Made by a program: the position numbers and the translations under genes. A DNA stretch of 64,000 nt from an uncultured Planctomycetota bacterium (GTDB lineage: Bacteria; Planctomycetota; Planctomycetia; Isosphaerales; Isosphaeraceae): NCBI GenBank assembly GCA_963823665.1, contig CAWGMQ010000004.1, positions 1,632,001 to 1,696,000 on the forward strand, written 5' to 3'. The notes beneath the pieces are model-generated. The model ran no database searches. It was not told the DNA's origin and saw only the letters and a program-made list of their open reading frames with translations. The stretch's first letter is position 1. Every line of letters starts with the position of its first letter. This document shows positions 43,988-54,679 of the stretch, piece after piece.

Positions 43988-45625
43988 TCACTTCCCCTCT
44001 GCCTTCTTGATGCCGTACGCGATCATCTTCAGCGCCCGCTCCGAAGGCACCGGCTTTGCGCCGCCGGCGATGAGCTGCTGCGCCTTGCGATATCCGGCAT
44101 GGGCTCCGGCGCGATCCCCGTCTTCGAGCAGCCGATCCGCGAGGAGCTTCAGCGCTACCCAGGAAGACGGATACAACTCGCAGCGATACTGCATGAAGAC
44201 AAGACCCTCAGACCGCTTCCCGCTGCTGTTAAGCCCGAGCGCCGCGTCGCCGATTATTTCCTCGGTCATCTCCAGCCCGAACACCTTCACGAATCGCATC
44301 GCGGCATCCATTCCATCCCGACTCACCATGTCCATTACCTGCGCGCCGCTCGGGGGCAGAGGCGACGGCGCTTGAATGGCAAGCTCGAAGCCCGCGCCGA
44401 GCGTTGCCTTGTCGTGGAGTGATCGCCGCAAGAACTGTTCGGCCTCTCGATCCCCTTTGAGATACGCATCAAAGAACTTCCGCGAGTGAAGACACACACG
44501 GTCGTACCCTGCTCGAATCACGGCTGCCTTGTCCGCCGGAACCCTTCGCCCCGGCAGGAACGCAAAACGCGCGGCGCCCTGCGTAAGAAAGTCATTATGC
44601 TCTAGGTCGCTGACCATCGCCGTGTAAAGATGCGTATATTTCAAATATCCCCAGTGGGCGAAAAAGTCTGGCTTCGCTTCGTCTTCCTTCGCCGAGTAAA
44701 TCATGATCGGCCCGGCCAGACGCAGGGAACTGGTCAGACGTGCCCTGAGTGTCGCGAACCCTGGCTCGGTGGGCGAACCGTGTTCCACGGTCGAGTCGAG
44801 ACTCACGACGGCACTTAACGGCGAGTTCTGTTCGGCTCGCCAGGCCAGCACGGCCTGCGCGCCGTAACTGTGGCCGATGGCCCCGATCGCACCGAGATCG
44901 AGATCGGGCCGCCCCTTTGCGTACCGAACGAGGAATTCCATGTCCTTGATCGAACGGTCGAGGTCCCAGTCAACGTTGAGGTAGGCTGCGTTCTCCGACT
45001 GATAAGGTGCGACAATCACGACGTAGCCGTGGCTCGCCATGTATTCGTAAAAGGTGGCGTTGTCCTCAAAGGTCCCTCCCAGGCCAGGGTGTGCGACGAT
45101 CAGCGGGAACTTCCCGGGAGCAATCGGAGCGTCTTTGACAGCCACTGTGCGCGCATCGAGCCATCGCTCGATTCCCGCGGCCTCGGTCTCATCAATCTTT
45201 GCGGGCCGCTCTTCGAGGACCTCCTCGGCCATCGTCGCGCGTGTGAATGCCTCCAGGCGTTTCGCGAACGGAGCGATCGACGGATTGTCGGAGCCCATTT
45301 CGAGATATTCGCGATAGCGCATCGGCGCGGCCGCAGACGCACGCGCCGGGTACCACAAATTGACCAGAATCGGTCGGGGATATGCCGGCAACGTCCCCGA
45401 GAGAGCGCCCTTGACCGGAAATGCCGGGGCATACTGACGAGCGTGATCGAGCTGCCATGATCTAGCGAATCCCACCGCATGCGGACCCGGCTCGAGCGCT
45501 CCCCACAGCCGCCGGTCCGGCGAATCACGCGGGCGCTCACCCGATCCGACCAACAGCACCCAAAGCACAAAGGCCCGACCCGCGAACGCAATCATGGCAA
45601 TCCTCCCCGGGAGCGAAGTGCTCAC
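43988..45625 (-). CDS. Secreted alpha/beta-hydrolase (PAF-AH/chlorophyllase-like) with C-terminal TPR-like helices
   Basis: GPHAVG, LWYPA, FPLIVAHPG, MASHGYVV, IGHSYG, SLD, HNDF. Confidence 0.82.
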   Translation of the reverse strand: MSTSLPGRIAMIAFAGRAFVLWVLLVGSGERPRDSPDRRLWGALEPGPHAVGFARSWQLDHARQYAPAFPVKGALSGTLPAYPRPILVNLWYPARASAAAPMRYREYLEMGSDNPSIAPFAKRLEAFTRATMAEEVLEERPAKIDETEAAGIERWLDARTVAVKDAPIAPGKFPLIVAHPGLGGTFEDNATFYEYMASHGYVVIVAPYQSENAAYLNVDWDLDRSIKDMEFLVRYAKGRPDLDLGAIGAIGHSYGAQAVLAWRAEQNSPLSAVVSLDSTVEHGSPTEPGFATLRARLTSSLRLAGPIMIYSAKEDEAKPDFFAHWGYLKYTHLYTAMVSDLEHNDFLTQGAARFAFLPGRRVPADKAAVIRAGYDRVCLHSRKFFDAYLKGDREAEQFLRRSLHDKATLGAGFELAIQAPSPLPPSGAQVMDMVSRDGMDAAMRFVKVFGLEMTEEIIGDAALGLNSSGKRSEGLVFMQYRCELYPSSWVALKLLADRLLEDGDRAGAHAGYRKAQQLIAGGAKPVPSERALKMIAYGIKKAEGK

Positions 45626-45682
45626 GCCCGCCTCGGCAGGATGAATTTCACGACGTACGGTTGGAACCCGCTGAAATCTCGA

Positions 45683-48435
45683 TCATCGCGTGACGGAGTC
45701 CGGTTCAATCAGCTTCCGGAAATCGTCACGCTCAGCCAGGATAGCGAGGTCCGGATCCCTCTTGGCCCAGCCTCGATTGTCCAGATCGCGGAAGAAGCCT
45801 GTTGTGGCGGCGCCATTCAGCCAGCGAATCGCATCGGCGATCCGAGCCTCTACCAGGTTCGCTCGCTTCTCAGGTGAGAGCTGCGTGTCGCTTCGCGCGG
45901 CAGCCGCGAGGAGCGCAGAGATGCAGCCGAGGTTGTATTGTTCCTCGGCGGCGAGATGGGGATCGGCCTTCACAAGCGCTGTCTGGGCCAATGCGCCAAC
46001 CAGCTCGCCGGATCGCACCAATTCGCCCGCGAGAAAAATTCGATAACTCGCCGGAACGGGCTGGGCAGAGAGTTCCACGACCCGTCGCCACTCGTTGGCC
46101 GCTTCTCGATGTCGCCCCGTCGCAGCCAAGGAATTGGCTCGGTTGCCGTGCAGCTTGAGGCAAAGTTCGCGAGCTAGCTCATCAAGCGGCTCTAGGCGGC
46201 AATACGGCTCGAGCCGGAAGAGCCCCACGTCCGCGCGGGCGATGGCCTCATCGCAACGGCCCACCCCGTGGAGCATTCCGCTCCAGTTGACATTGACGTG
46301 GCCGACGAAGCTAACGACGTCAGCAGGAGCAAGGATCTTGGTGTCGGCGGAGAGCAAGAGTTCCTCGGCCCGACGGAACCGTTGCTCGGCCGCCGAATGC
46401 TTCTGACTTCGCCAGAGGACGATGCCCAGGTTGATCAACGACTCAGCGAGCTTTATGCTCACGCCCGGCAATCGAACGGGATCGATACGCTCGCGAATCT
46501 CGATGGCCTTTTGGTAGTGAACCAGGGCCTTGTCGATCGACTCCCCCCGCAGGGTGTTCGCATAGTTGTTTTGACAGACGGCCAGTTGCTCCAAATCGAC
46601 GGGGTCGTTGCGCGTGGCGCTGGCCAGTCGTTCGGCCAGCTCGACGGCCTGTCGACCGTACTCCTTTGCCTGATCACGGTGGCCATCGGTCAGGTAGACA
46701 GCGAGCCTCGCCAGGCAATCGATATGGAGTCTACTGTAATGGAGATCGTCGGGCCGCTCGGACCGCAGGCGTTCCACGAGCTCGAGGGATCGGCGGACGT
46801 ACTTCTCGGCCAGCTCGGTACGGCCGAGTGAGGTTTGAATCATTGCCCCTTCGTTGAGCGCGCGTGCGGTGTCGGCGCAGACCACCGGATCGTTCGAATC
46901 GCCTTGGCGGAGGATTTGATCGTAGAAGGCCAGGGCGTCTTCCTGCTGATCATGGCGCAGGTCGAGCAGTCGGGGAGAGCCGGCGAGTCGTCGGTCGTCA
47001 AGGCGGCCGAGCATGGCCTGAATCGTCGATCGAGCCTCCTGGTAGTTAAGCCGGGCAAGGGCGGCCTGGTCTTGCGTGCGCCGGATCTCGGCGCGAGCTC
47101 GCGGTTATGCCGATAGGTCATGCCGATGAACGCGAACCCGGCGATCACCACGGTCGCGGCCGCGGTCGTCTGCCAGGGATGACGTCGCGTCCATTTCAGG
47201 GACCGCCGCAGCCCGCCGATCCGTCGGGCAAGGATCGGGTCTCCACGCTCGAATCGCCTCAAATCTTCGGCGAGCTCGAGCGCCGTCGCGTAGCGGTGGG
47301 CGGGCGACTTCTCGAGGCATTTCAAGCAGATGGCTTCCAGGTCGCGCGGGACGCCGGTTTGAATGCGCGACGGAGAAATGACGTCGGAGTGGATGAGCTG
47401 ATGAAAGAGCAGCTCGGGTGATTCGGCCCGAAACGGCGGCCGGCCGGTCAGGGCTTCGTACAAGATTGCACCCAGGGCGTAGATGTCGGCGCGAGGCCCG
47501 ACCTTCGCGGTCCCCCCGAGCGCCTGCTCGGGAGCCATGTAGGCCAACGTTCCCATGATGGCGCCGACTTCGGTCCGGGTCGTGGTTTCGTCGATCTTGG
47601 CCAGGCCGAAGTCGGTGATCTTGGGCTGGCCTTCGGACGTAAGCAAGACGTTGGCTGGTTTCAGGTCGCGGTGCACGACCCCTCGGCTGTGCGCGTGATC
47701 GATCGCCCTGGCCAGAATTTCTACGAGGGCGGCCGCCGCCAGCGGAGGTTGGGGCACTCCGGCGAGCGAACGAGCGAGCGTCCACCCATCGACATATTCG
47801 AGCGCCAGGTACGACTGACCGTCGTATTCGCCGATCTCGTGAATCTGCACGAGGTTCGGGTGCTGGCACTTGGCGACGGCAGCCGCCTCGCGCTCGAAGC
47901 GAGCGCGGTGCTCGGGCTCGCTCCGCCGCCCCTCCTGGAGCACTTTCAGCGCGACGATTCGGTCGAGGGCGCAGTGCCGCGCGAGATACACCACCCCCAT
48001 GCCGCCCCGGCCCAGGGTCCCCTGGATCTCGTACCCAGGAATCCGGGGCACCGACTCAATTTCGGATCGTGCGCCGTTCGTTGCACCGTTTTGAAGCACG
48101 AGATCCGGAATGACACCCAGCTCGGGCGGGAACGAAAGCGCACCGTGAACCTCGAACAGCCGCGACAGCGGCTCGGCCAGCTCGGGAAAGTCGATCAGGT
48201 AATCGTCCGGGCGAGGGGTCTCGCCCCGGATCTGTCGAAGAACGATTTCTTGATTGATCAACTCGACCAGGGCCTTTGGGTGATCGACGATCGCCGGATG
48301 ACGGTCGATCATGAGCCTGATCGGAGGACGATCCCCGCGCATCCACGCCTTGACCTGTTCGGAAAACAGCCATTCGAGCGAGAAGTCGACGGAATCGACC
48401 CCGTTCGCTGGCGATCCGCCGCACGCATCAATCAT
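45683..48435 (-). CDS. Ser/Thr protein kinase with TM and TPR repeats (frameshift near 47095)
   Basis: LGRGGMGVVY, HRDLKPAN, DFGLA, GTLAYMAPEQ; TPR tail ending DPDLAIL..RDDF. Start overlaps the ECF stop. Confidence 0.9.
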
Positions 48436-49023
48436 CGTCCAGCTCCTCGAGTCCAAGCTCGCGGACGATGCGCTTGATCGCGCGATTGAGCCGGTTGCGG
48501 ACCGCATCGGGTTTCTCACCGAGCCTGCTGGCGACGTCGTTCCACGAAAGCCCCATCGTGCGTAGCTCGGAGACCGACCGCTCTTTGTCCGTCAGGCGTG
48601 CGCGTACGGCCTCGATCATGTCCTTCCAGACGAGCTGGCTGGCTGGCCCCGGCCCGGCAGCGATGGGCTCGACACCGTTGACACCAGGAGCGCTGACAGC
48701 CACTACGGAATACTGGAATTCGGGCTTGCGCGCCACGTCCGCGACCTTGTTGACCGCCATTCGCCCCAGCAGGCGCTTCAATTCGACTGAGCCGGCGAGA
48801 TCGTATTCACCGACCGTCATCCGAATCAGGAAGCTCGCCATCACGGCCTGGCAAAAGTCGGACGAGTCGGTGACACGTCGCAACCGGATCACGCGCAGCC
48901 GCGCACGCACGACCTGCCGCACGTACGGCTCGTAAGTTCGAACGAACTCCTCGGCGGCGGCCGCGTCGCCTGCCCGGATCTTTTCGAGGATTGCCTGGAA
49001 TCGGTCTCATCAAGAACCCTCAA
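48428..49023 (-). CDS. ECF sigma factor of the kinase-associated type (frameshift near 49000)
   Basis: FQAILEKIRAGDAAAAEEFVRTYEPYVR, RRVTDSSDFCQAV, MAVNKV, sigma4 LTDKER...GLSWNDVA..LG...AVRNRLNRA. Confidence 0.85.
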
Positions 49024-49391
49024 CGGCGCCGGCAGGGGTCCAATTTCAAAAATTAGACTCGTAAACATCCCGACTTTCCAGCATCCACCCACCAAACAAT
49101 GGATCACCTTCGTCGCACGACGCGGGCCGCGCTCCGAAAAGTAAACAACTCGTGCGACCGGGAATTCCTTGCGCTTTGTCGCAAGTGACAGCCGCGATGA
49201 AGCTTGTGAAAAACGACTTGCGCTCGGCGAGTGAAGCTCGGGCACTCGCCAGAAATCTCTTTGGTGTTTTGTCCGTTTTGGGGGCGCGGTCCGATTGAAG
49301 AAATTACGGCAAACTCGCGCCGTCCGTCTTGTTCAAGCGTGCTGGGAAGTCAGGTCCGTTCTATCGTCGTAGTCAATGGAAACTTCGAACC

Positions 49392-50111
49392 ATGAAGATG
49401 CAACCGAGCCGTTTCATCGGAATTGTCGCGATAGTGGCGTCCACGGCATGGCTATCGCCACCCGCCGACGCCTCCTCCGTCACGGGAACCGTCACCCCGG
49501 AGAGTGGTGGAACCTATAACCTGAGTGCACTCGGCTCGCTCGATTGGGTCCACTACGGGCTCGCGGGCGGGGGCGACTCGAACAATGGCGACCCGATCCG
49601 AGATAGCAGCGGCTCGATCATCGGCGGACTCTCCGCGAACGTCCCCATCAAGGGATACTCCGGCAGTGCAAACACGTATGACTGGAGTAACGGGACGCCG
49701 GTTGTCAGCGGCAGCAACACCAATGGGATCTACTTGACTGATAACGGCGGTGTAATGACCCTGACCCTCGCGGCATCGACGACGCCGCTCCAGGCCGAAT
49801 TCTTCGTCGCCTCAAACCCGGGCTTCCCGACGTCGTTCACAGTCGCGCTGAACGACGGCAGCGGGGCGTCGTACACGGCGACCAACCTGATCTCAAACTT
49901 CGACCTGATCACGATCGATTATGTCGCGAATTCCGCCTCGACGCTGACCATGACCTACACATCGTCCGCGCTCTCGCCCGGCATGCCCGAAATCATCTAC
50001 CTCGATGCCGTAGCCGTGTCACTGGGCGTCAGCAGCGTCCCGGAGCCAAATTCGTGCATCCTGGCCGGGCTTGGAGCGCTTGGCGTCCTGGCGTTTCGCC
50101 GGAGGCGCTGA
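49392..50111 (+). CDS. PEP-CTERM sorting domain protein
   Basis: Signal peptide ADA-S; C-terminal VPEPNS, TM, RRRR. Confidence 0.9.
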   Translation: MKMQPSRFIGIVAIVASTAWLSPPADASSVTGTVTPESGGTYNLSALGSLDWVHYGLAGGGDSNNGDPIRDSSGSIIGGLSANVPIKGYSGSANTYDWSNGTPVVSGSNTNGIYLTDNGGVMTLTLAASTTPLQAEFFVASNPGFPTSFTVALNDGSGASYTATNLISNFDLITIDYVANSASTLTMTYTSSALSPGMPEIIYLDAVAVSLGVSSVPEPNSCILAGLGALGVLAFRRRR

Positions 50112-50451
50112 CCCCTGCCGGAGGGCTCGGGTCGAGACCTCAGCAATACGAAGGCCTCCCGAGGCGATTTTCGACACCGCAAAGGTTGAGGCTCGCCCGG
50201 GAGTTCGGCGCGATTGCCCCGCACGTGCATGGCGAACAACTGACCACTAACGGCCACCAAAATTTGTTTGATTTTTCTTGAAGAACCTGCCATTGTTTCG
50301 ATATTGTTTAACGTAGTGAAATTCCCTCCAGTATCGTGCTGCGTTTCGAGGCGCCCGGGCATCCTCGGCCGGCCTTGAACGTCAGAGCCAAGCAGGCTTT
50401 CCCCTGGTTTGCCCCGCCAAAAGTCCCCCCTACCGTCCGGAGGGTCTCCTC

Positions 50452-52925
50452 ATGCGCGTCCGCTTCACCCGGTCCGTGGCCGTACCGGTTCTCGCTGCGA
50501 TTCTCGGATGCGGTCCCGTGATGTCCGAGCTTGCGCGAGCCGGTGCAGCGGATCGAGCGGACAGCGGAAACGGCGTGCTTTCGATCTTGCCGGGACAATC
50601 CACGCTGAACGGCCGCCGCGCCACGGCCCAGCTCGTGGCCACGGCGCGAGGCGCCGATGGCATGGTGCAGGACCAGACTCGCTCGGTGGAGTGGATTAGC
50701 TCCAACCCATCGGTTGCCGTGGTGACATTCGAGCGGCCGAGTGATCCCCAAGAGCAACGGGACGGCGACGATCGTCGCGCGCAAGGGCAGCCTCGAGGCG
50801 AGCACGACAGTCAAGGTGGTCGCGATGGAAGAGCCCGCTCGGGTTAGTTTTCGGCGTGACGTGATTCCGTCATTCAGCCAGGCGGGCTGCAACACGGGTG
50901 CTTGCCACGGCACGCCCACGGGCAAGGGAGGCTTCCGCCTGAGCCTGCGCGGCTACCTGCCCGACCAGGATTTTTCGATCCTTTCGCACGAGGTCGCCGG
51001 CCGTCGAATCAACCCGATGGCGCCGGAAACCAGCCTGATCTTGCGAAAGCCGCTCGGGCAAATCCCCCACGAAGGCGGCTTGCGGCTCAACCGAAGCTCA
51101 AAGACCTTCGAGTTTCTGCACGACTGGATCAAGGAAGGGGCCAAGGACGACCCGGTGCTCCGGCTGCGGTGCGGCTCGAGATGTTCCCGGAGACTCGCGT
51201 CCTGATTGCGCCGGCGGCCACGCAGCAAGTCGCCGTGCTCGTTCACGGCGCCGACAAGGCCGTGCGTGACGTCACGCCGATCTGCTACTACGATTCATCC
51301 AATCCGAATATCGCGGAGGTCGATCAAGACGGCTACGTCCGATTCAAGACGCGGGGCGAGGTTGCGATCATCGCCCATTACTTGAATCTCGTGGCCAACA
51401 TCCGGCTGACGCATCTCGTCGACGTGCCCGGGTTCGCGGCGGCGAGCGTGCCCGCAGGACAACGTGATTGACCGGGCCGTCTTCGCGAAGCTCAACAAGA
51501 TGCGGATCCAGCCATCGGAGATCTGCACCGACCGTGAGTTCGTCCGCCGGGCCTACCTCGACGTACTCGGCGTGTTGCCGACGCCGGAGGAAGTCGATGC
51601 GTTTCTCGCCGAGCCGGAGAGCACGCGCCGCGATCTGGTGATCGACCGGCTGCTCGACCGGCCCGAGTTTTACGATTTCTGGGCGCTCAAGTTCGCCGAC
51701 GTGCTTCGCTCGAACGGCCGGCTGATCCAGACCAAGGGGGCTTATGCGTTCCATCGCTGGATTCGCGAATCGCTGGAGCGGAACGTGCCCATGGACCAGC
51801 TTGTTCGCGCGCTTGCTGACTTCAGAAGGATCGACTTTCCGCAACCCGGCCGCCAATTACTACCGGATCAGCCGTGACCCGGAGTCGGCCGTTGAAACCA
51901 CGGCGCAGCTTTTTCTCGGTGTGCGCATCCAGTGTGCCAAGTGTCACAATCACCCGTTCGAGCGCTGGACTCAGGACGATTACTACGGGTTCGCCGCCTT
52001 CTTCTCGCAGATCGGCCGGAAAAAAGGCAGCCTGCCCGATGACGAAGTCGTGTACGCCACCGGATCGGGTGACGTTCGCCAGCCTCGAACCGGCCAGACG
52101 ATGAAGCCCAAGGCCCTGGGCGGACCAGTGCTCGACGATCAGCCGGCCCAGGACCGGCGGGTCAAGCTCGCCGCCTGGCTGTCGAGCCCATCGAACCCGT
52201 TCTTTGCCAGGAGCCTGGTGAACCGCATCTGGTACCACTTGCTGGGACGCGGGATCGTGGAACCGGTTGACGACTTCCGCGACTCGAATCCCGCGTGCAA
52301 CGACGAGCTGCTGGCCGGACTCACGGCGGAGTTCGTCAAGAACGGCTACGACTTGAAAAAGTTAATCCGGTCGGTTCTGCACAGCCGCACCTACCAGATG
52401 AGTGCGACCACGAACCCGCTCAATGCGGACGATAGCCTGTACTTTTCACACGCCCAGACCAAGCTGCTGCCGGCGGAGGTACTGCTGGACGCCATTTCCT
52501 CGATCACCGGCACGACCACGTCGTTCAGCGGCCTGCCTCATGGCGCCAGGGCGACACAAATTCCGGACGGCACGATCGACAACCCATTCTTGAAAACGTT
52601 CGGACGCCCCGCCCGCGAGCTTGCCTGCGAGTGTGAGCGAGAAAGCGAATCGAATCTCTCGCAGGCCCTCCAGTTGATCGGCGGCGCCACGGTCAACGGC
52701 AAGCTGCGCGACGACTCCGGCCGAATGGCGACCCTGGCCAAGAGCGGCAAGTCGCCCCAGCAGATCATCCGCGAGCTTTACCTGGTTGCGCTCTCCCGTG
52801 AGCCCAATGCGTCCGAGGAGGCCGCAGCCTCGAAGCATCTCGCTTCGGCCAAGGACAAGCGGCAGGCGATCGAGGATCTGGGCTGGGTACTGATCAACTC
52901 CAAGGAATTCCTGTTCCGGCATTGA
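50452..52925 (+). CDS. DUF1549/DUF1553 planctomycete protein with Ig-like (BIG2) domains (frameshifts near 50730, 51170, 51460, 51810)
   Basis: VSFRRDVIP..GCNTGACHG, FVRRAYLDVLG..P, LFLGVRIQCAKCHNHP, VNRIW, FGRPARELACECER, WVLINSKEFLFRH. Confidence 0.88.
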
Positions 52926-52954
52926 GTTGAGTCTGGACCGGGCCGCCAGCACGC

Positions 52955-53016
52955 ACCCCCCCTGACCCCCCCTTCTTAAGGGGGGAAAAGAAAGGGGAGC
53001 CCCTTCTAAAGGGGGG
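52955..53016. repeat. Tandem CCCC(CC)TT-nnn-AAGGGG(GG) palindromes
   Basis: CCCCCCTT-ctt-AAGGGGGG and CCCCTT-cta-AAGGGG directly after the stop codon. Confidence 0.55.
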
Positions 53017-53220
53017 AAGCTTCGTGCAACTTACGCGGCGGGAAATGAACCGCGACTTTTCGTCTGCCGAGACTCGCGCTCGCCTCGCGCGCGAACCATC
53101 AACCCGGTATCTCTATCTGTAATCGCGCCGTCGCGGTCCGCACTTGCCGATTGCTTCTTCATTTACTCATACTCTTCGTCGTCCTCTTCCACTCCACCGA
53201 ACCCGAAGGAGGAGCTTCTC

Positions 53221-54027
53221 ATGGGCATCCGCATCAGCCAGGTCGACGCTTTTACCAACCGCCCGTTCGCGGGCAATCCCGCCGCGGTCTGCGTGCTTTC
53301 CGAGCCGGCTGATGAGAAATGGATGCAGTCTGTCGCGGCCGAAATGAACCTGTCGGAAACCGCATTCGCGACGCGCTTGCCCGGCGGGTCCAGGTTTAAC
53401 CTGCGCTGGTTCACACCTGTGAGCGAAGTCGATCTGTGCGGTCACGCCACGCTGGCGACGGCTCATATCCTCTGGGAAGACGGGCATCTTCCGCGCAATG
53501 AGCCGGCTCTCTTCGAGACGCGCAGTGGCCTTTTGACCGCGTGCCCCGGTCCCGACGGCATCGAGCTGGATTTCCCCTCCGAGCCGGTCTCGGAGCCGAT
53601 CGTCGATCCGGGCGAGCTTGACAGAATCCAATCGGCGCTCGGAGCGCCGGTGAAGTTTGCCGGGAAGAATCGGTTCGACCTTCTGGTCGAGCTTGCGAGC
53701 GAAGAGGTGGTTCGAGCCCTGCGGCCCGACTTCCGCCGGCTCGAGCAGTTTCCGGTTCGCGGCGTGATCGCGACCAGTCGCTCGAGCTCGGCCGAGCACG
53801 ACCTGGTGTCGCGGTTCTTTGCGCCTCGGGTTGGAATCAATGAAGATCCGGTCTGCGGCTCGGCGCATTGCTGCCTCGGGCCATACTGGTCCGAAAAGCT
53901 CGGCCGGACGAAGCTGTCGGCGCATCAGATCTCCTGTCGCGGTGGAGTGGTGAAGATCCGTGTCGAGGGACCGCGAACAGTCTTGATCGGTCATGCGGTG
54001 ACCGTGCTCCGCGGCGAGCTGGTCTGA
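53221..54027 (+). CDS. PhzF family isomerase/epimerase
   Basis: QVDAFT..PFAGNPAAV, EMNLSETAF, LRWFTP..EVDLCGHATLA, EDPVCGSAHC. Confidence 0.93.
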   Translation: MGIRISQVDAFTNRPFAGNPAAVCVLSEPADEKWMQSVAAEMNLSETAFATRLPGGSRFNLRWFTPVSEVDLCGHATLATAHILWEDGHLPRNEPALFETRSGLLTACPGPDGIELDFPSEPVSEPIVDPGELDRIQSALGAPVKFAGKNRFDLLVELASEEVVRALRPDFRRLEQFPVRGVIATSRSSSAEHDLVSRFFAPRVGINEDPVCGSAHCCLGPYWSEKLGRTKLSAHQISCRGGVVKIRVEGPRTVLIGHAVTVLRGELV

Positions 54028-54033
54028 GCGATT

Positions 54034-54666
54034 TCACACTGTGCAGGTCACCCGCGCTGGCATAAGAGACGTCACTTTGCGAGCCGATCGTTCAACGGGA
54101 GTCTCAGGTGACGCTTCCGCCCCACCGATGGGCCTGCCGCTGGTGACAACGGGGTAGCAACGCGCAGTGCCTCGACGGACCAGAATGCCGCAGGCGACAG
54201 CAATTATTAATTGTGGAAACCCCAACCCAAGAGCCAAGTAAAGTGTCATAATTATTGCGTATTCCAATGTCCCGTTTGAAAGCCAACGAGAGCAAAGGTT
54301 CCAGATGGGATCCATCGGCACGGAAAACGCCGCAAGCAATCCTTCCGGCGCTATCCAAGCGAAACCGGCATAACCGAGGGCCGCCGCCAATCCGCCGGCT
54401 TCAAACCCGATCAAGAAGCGTTGCCCCGGGCCGCGTCGATGAATCATGGGGTAGAGGCCGAACGGCAGGATATGCGCCATCAGAAATAATCCCAAATCGT
54501 ATCCTTCCCTGATAAATCCAAACACCGAATGATGCCTGATAAAGACTGTGCGTATCCAGGCAATATCGATGGCGACAAGGGCCACGACAACGGCCAACGT
54601 GGCGATGGAGAAGCGAAACCGAAGCGGCTTCACGGCGAATCTCAGGTAGCGATGGAGCAACGACAT
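54034..54666 (-). CDS. Hypothetical 4-TM membrane protein
   Basis: RFSIATLAVVVALVA N-terminus, hydrophobic helices; 13 nt downstream of the permease. Confidence 0.6.
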   Translation of the reverse strand: MSLLHRYLRFAVKPLRFRFSIATLAVVVALVAIDIAWIRTVFIRHHSVFGFIREGYDLGLFLMAHILPFGLYPMIHRRGPGQRFLIGFEAGGLAAALGYAGFAWIAPEGLLAAFSVPMDPIWNLCSRWLSNGTLEYAIIMTLYLALGLGFPQLIIAVACGILVRRGTARCYPVVTSGRPIGGAEASPETPVERSARKVTSLMPARVTCTV

Positions 54667-54679
54667 TTGTCTTCGCAGT

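Noticed and set aside
50700..51830. Programmed frameshifting or phase variation in the DUF1549/1553 gene
   Set aside because: Four shifts without slippery or homopolymer tracts, in line with the window-wide indel noise.
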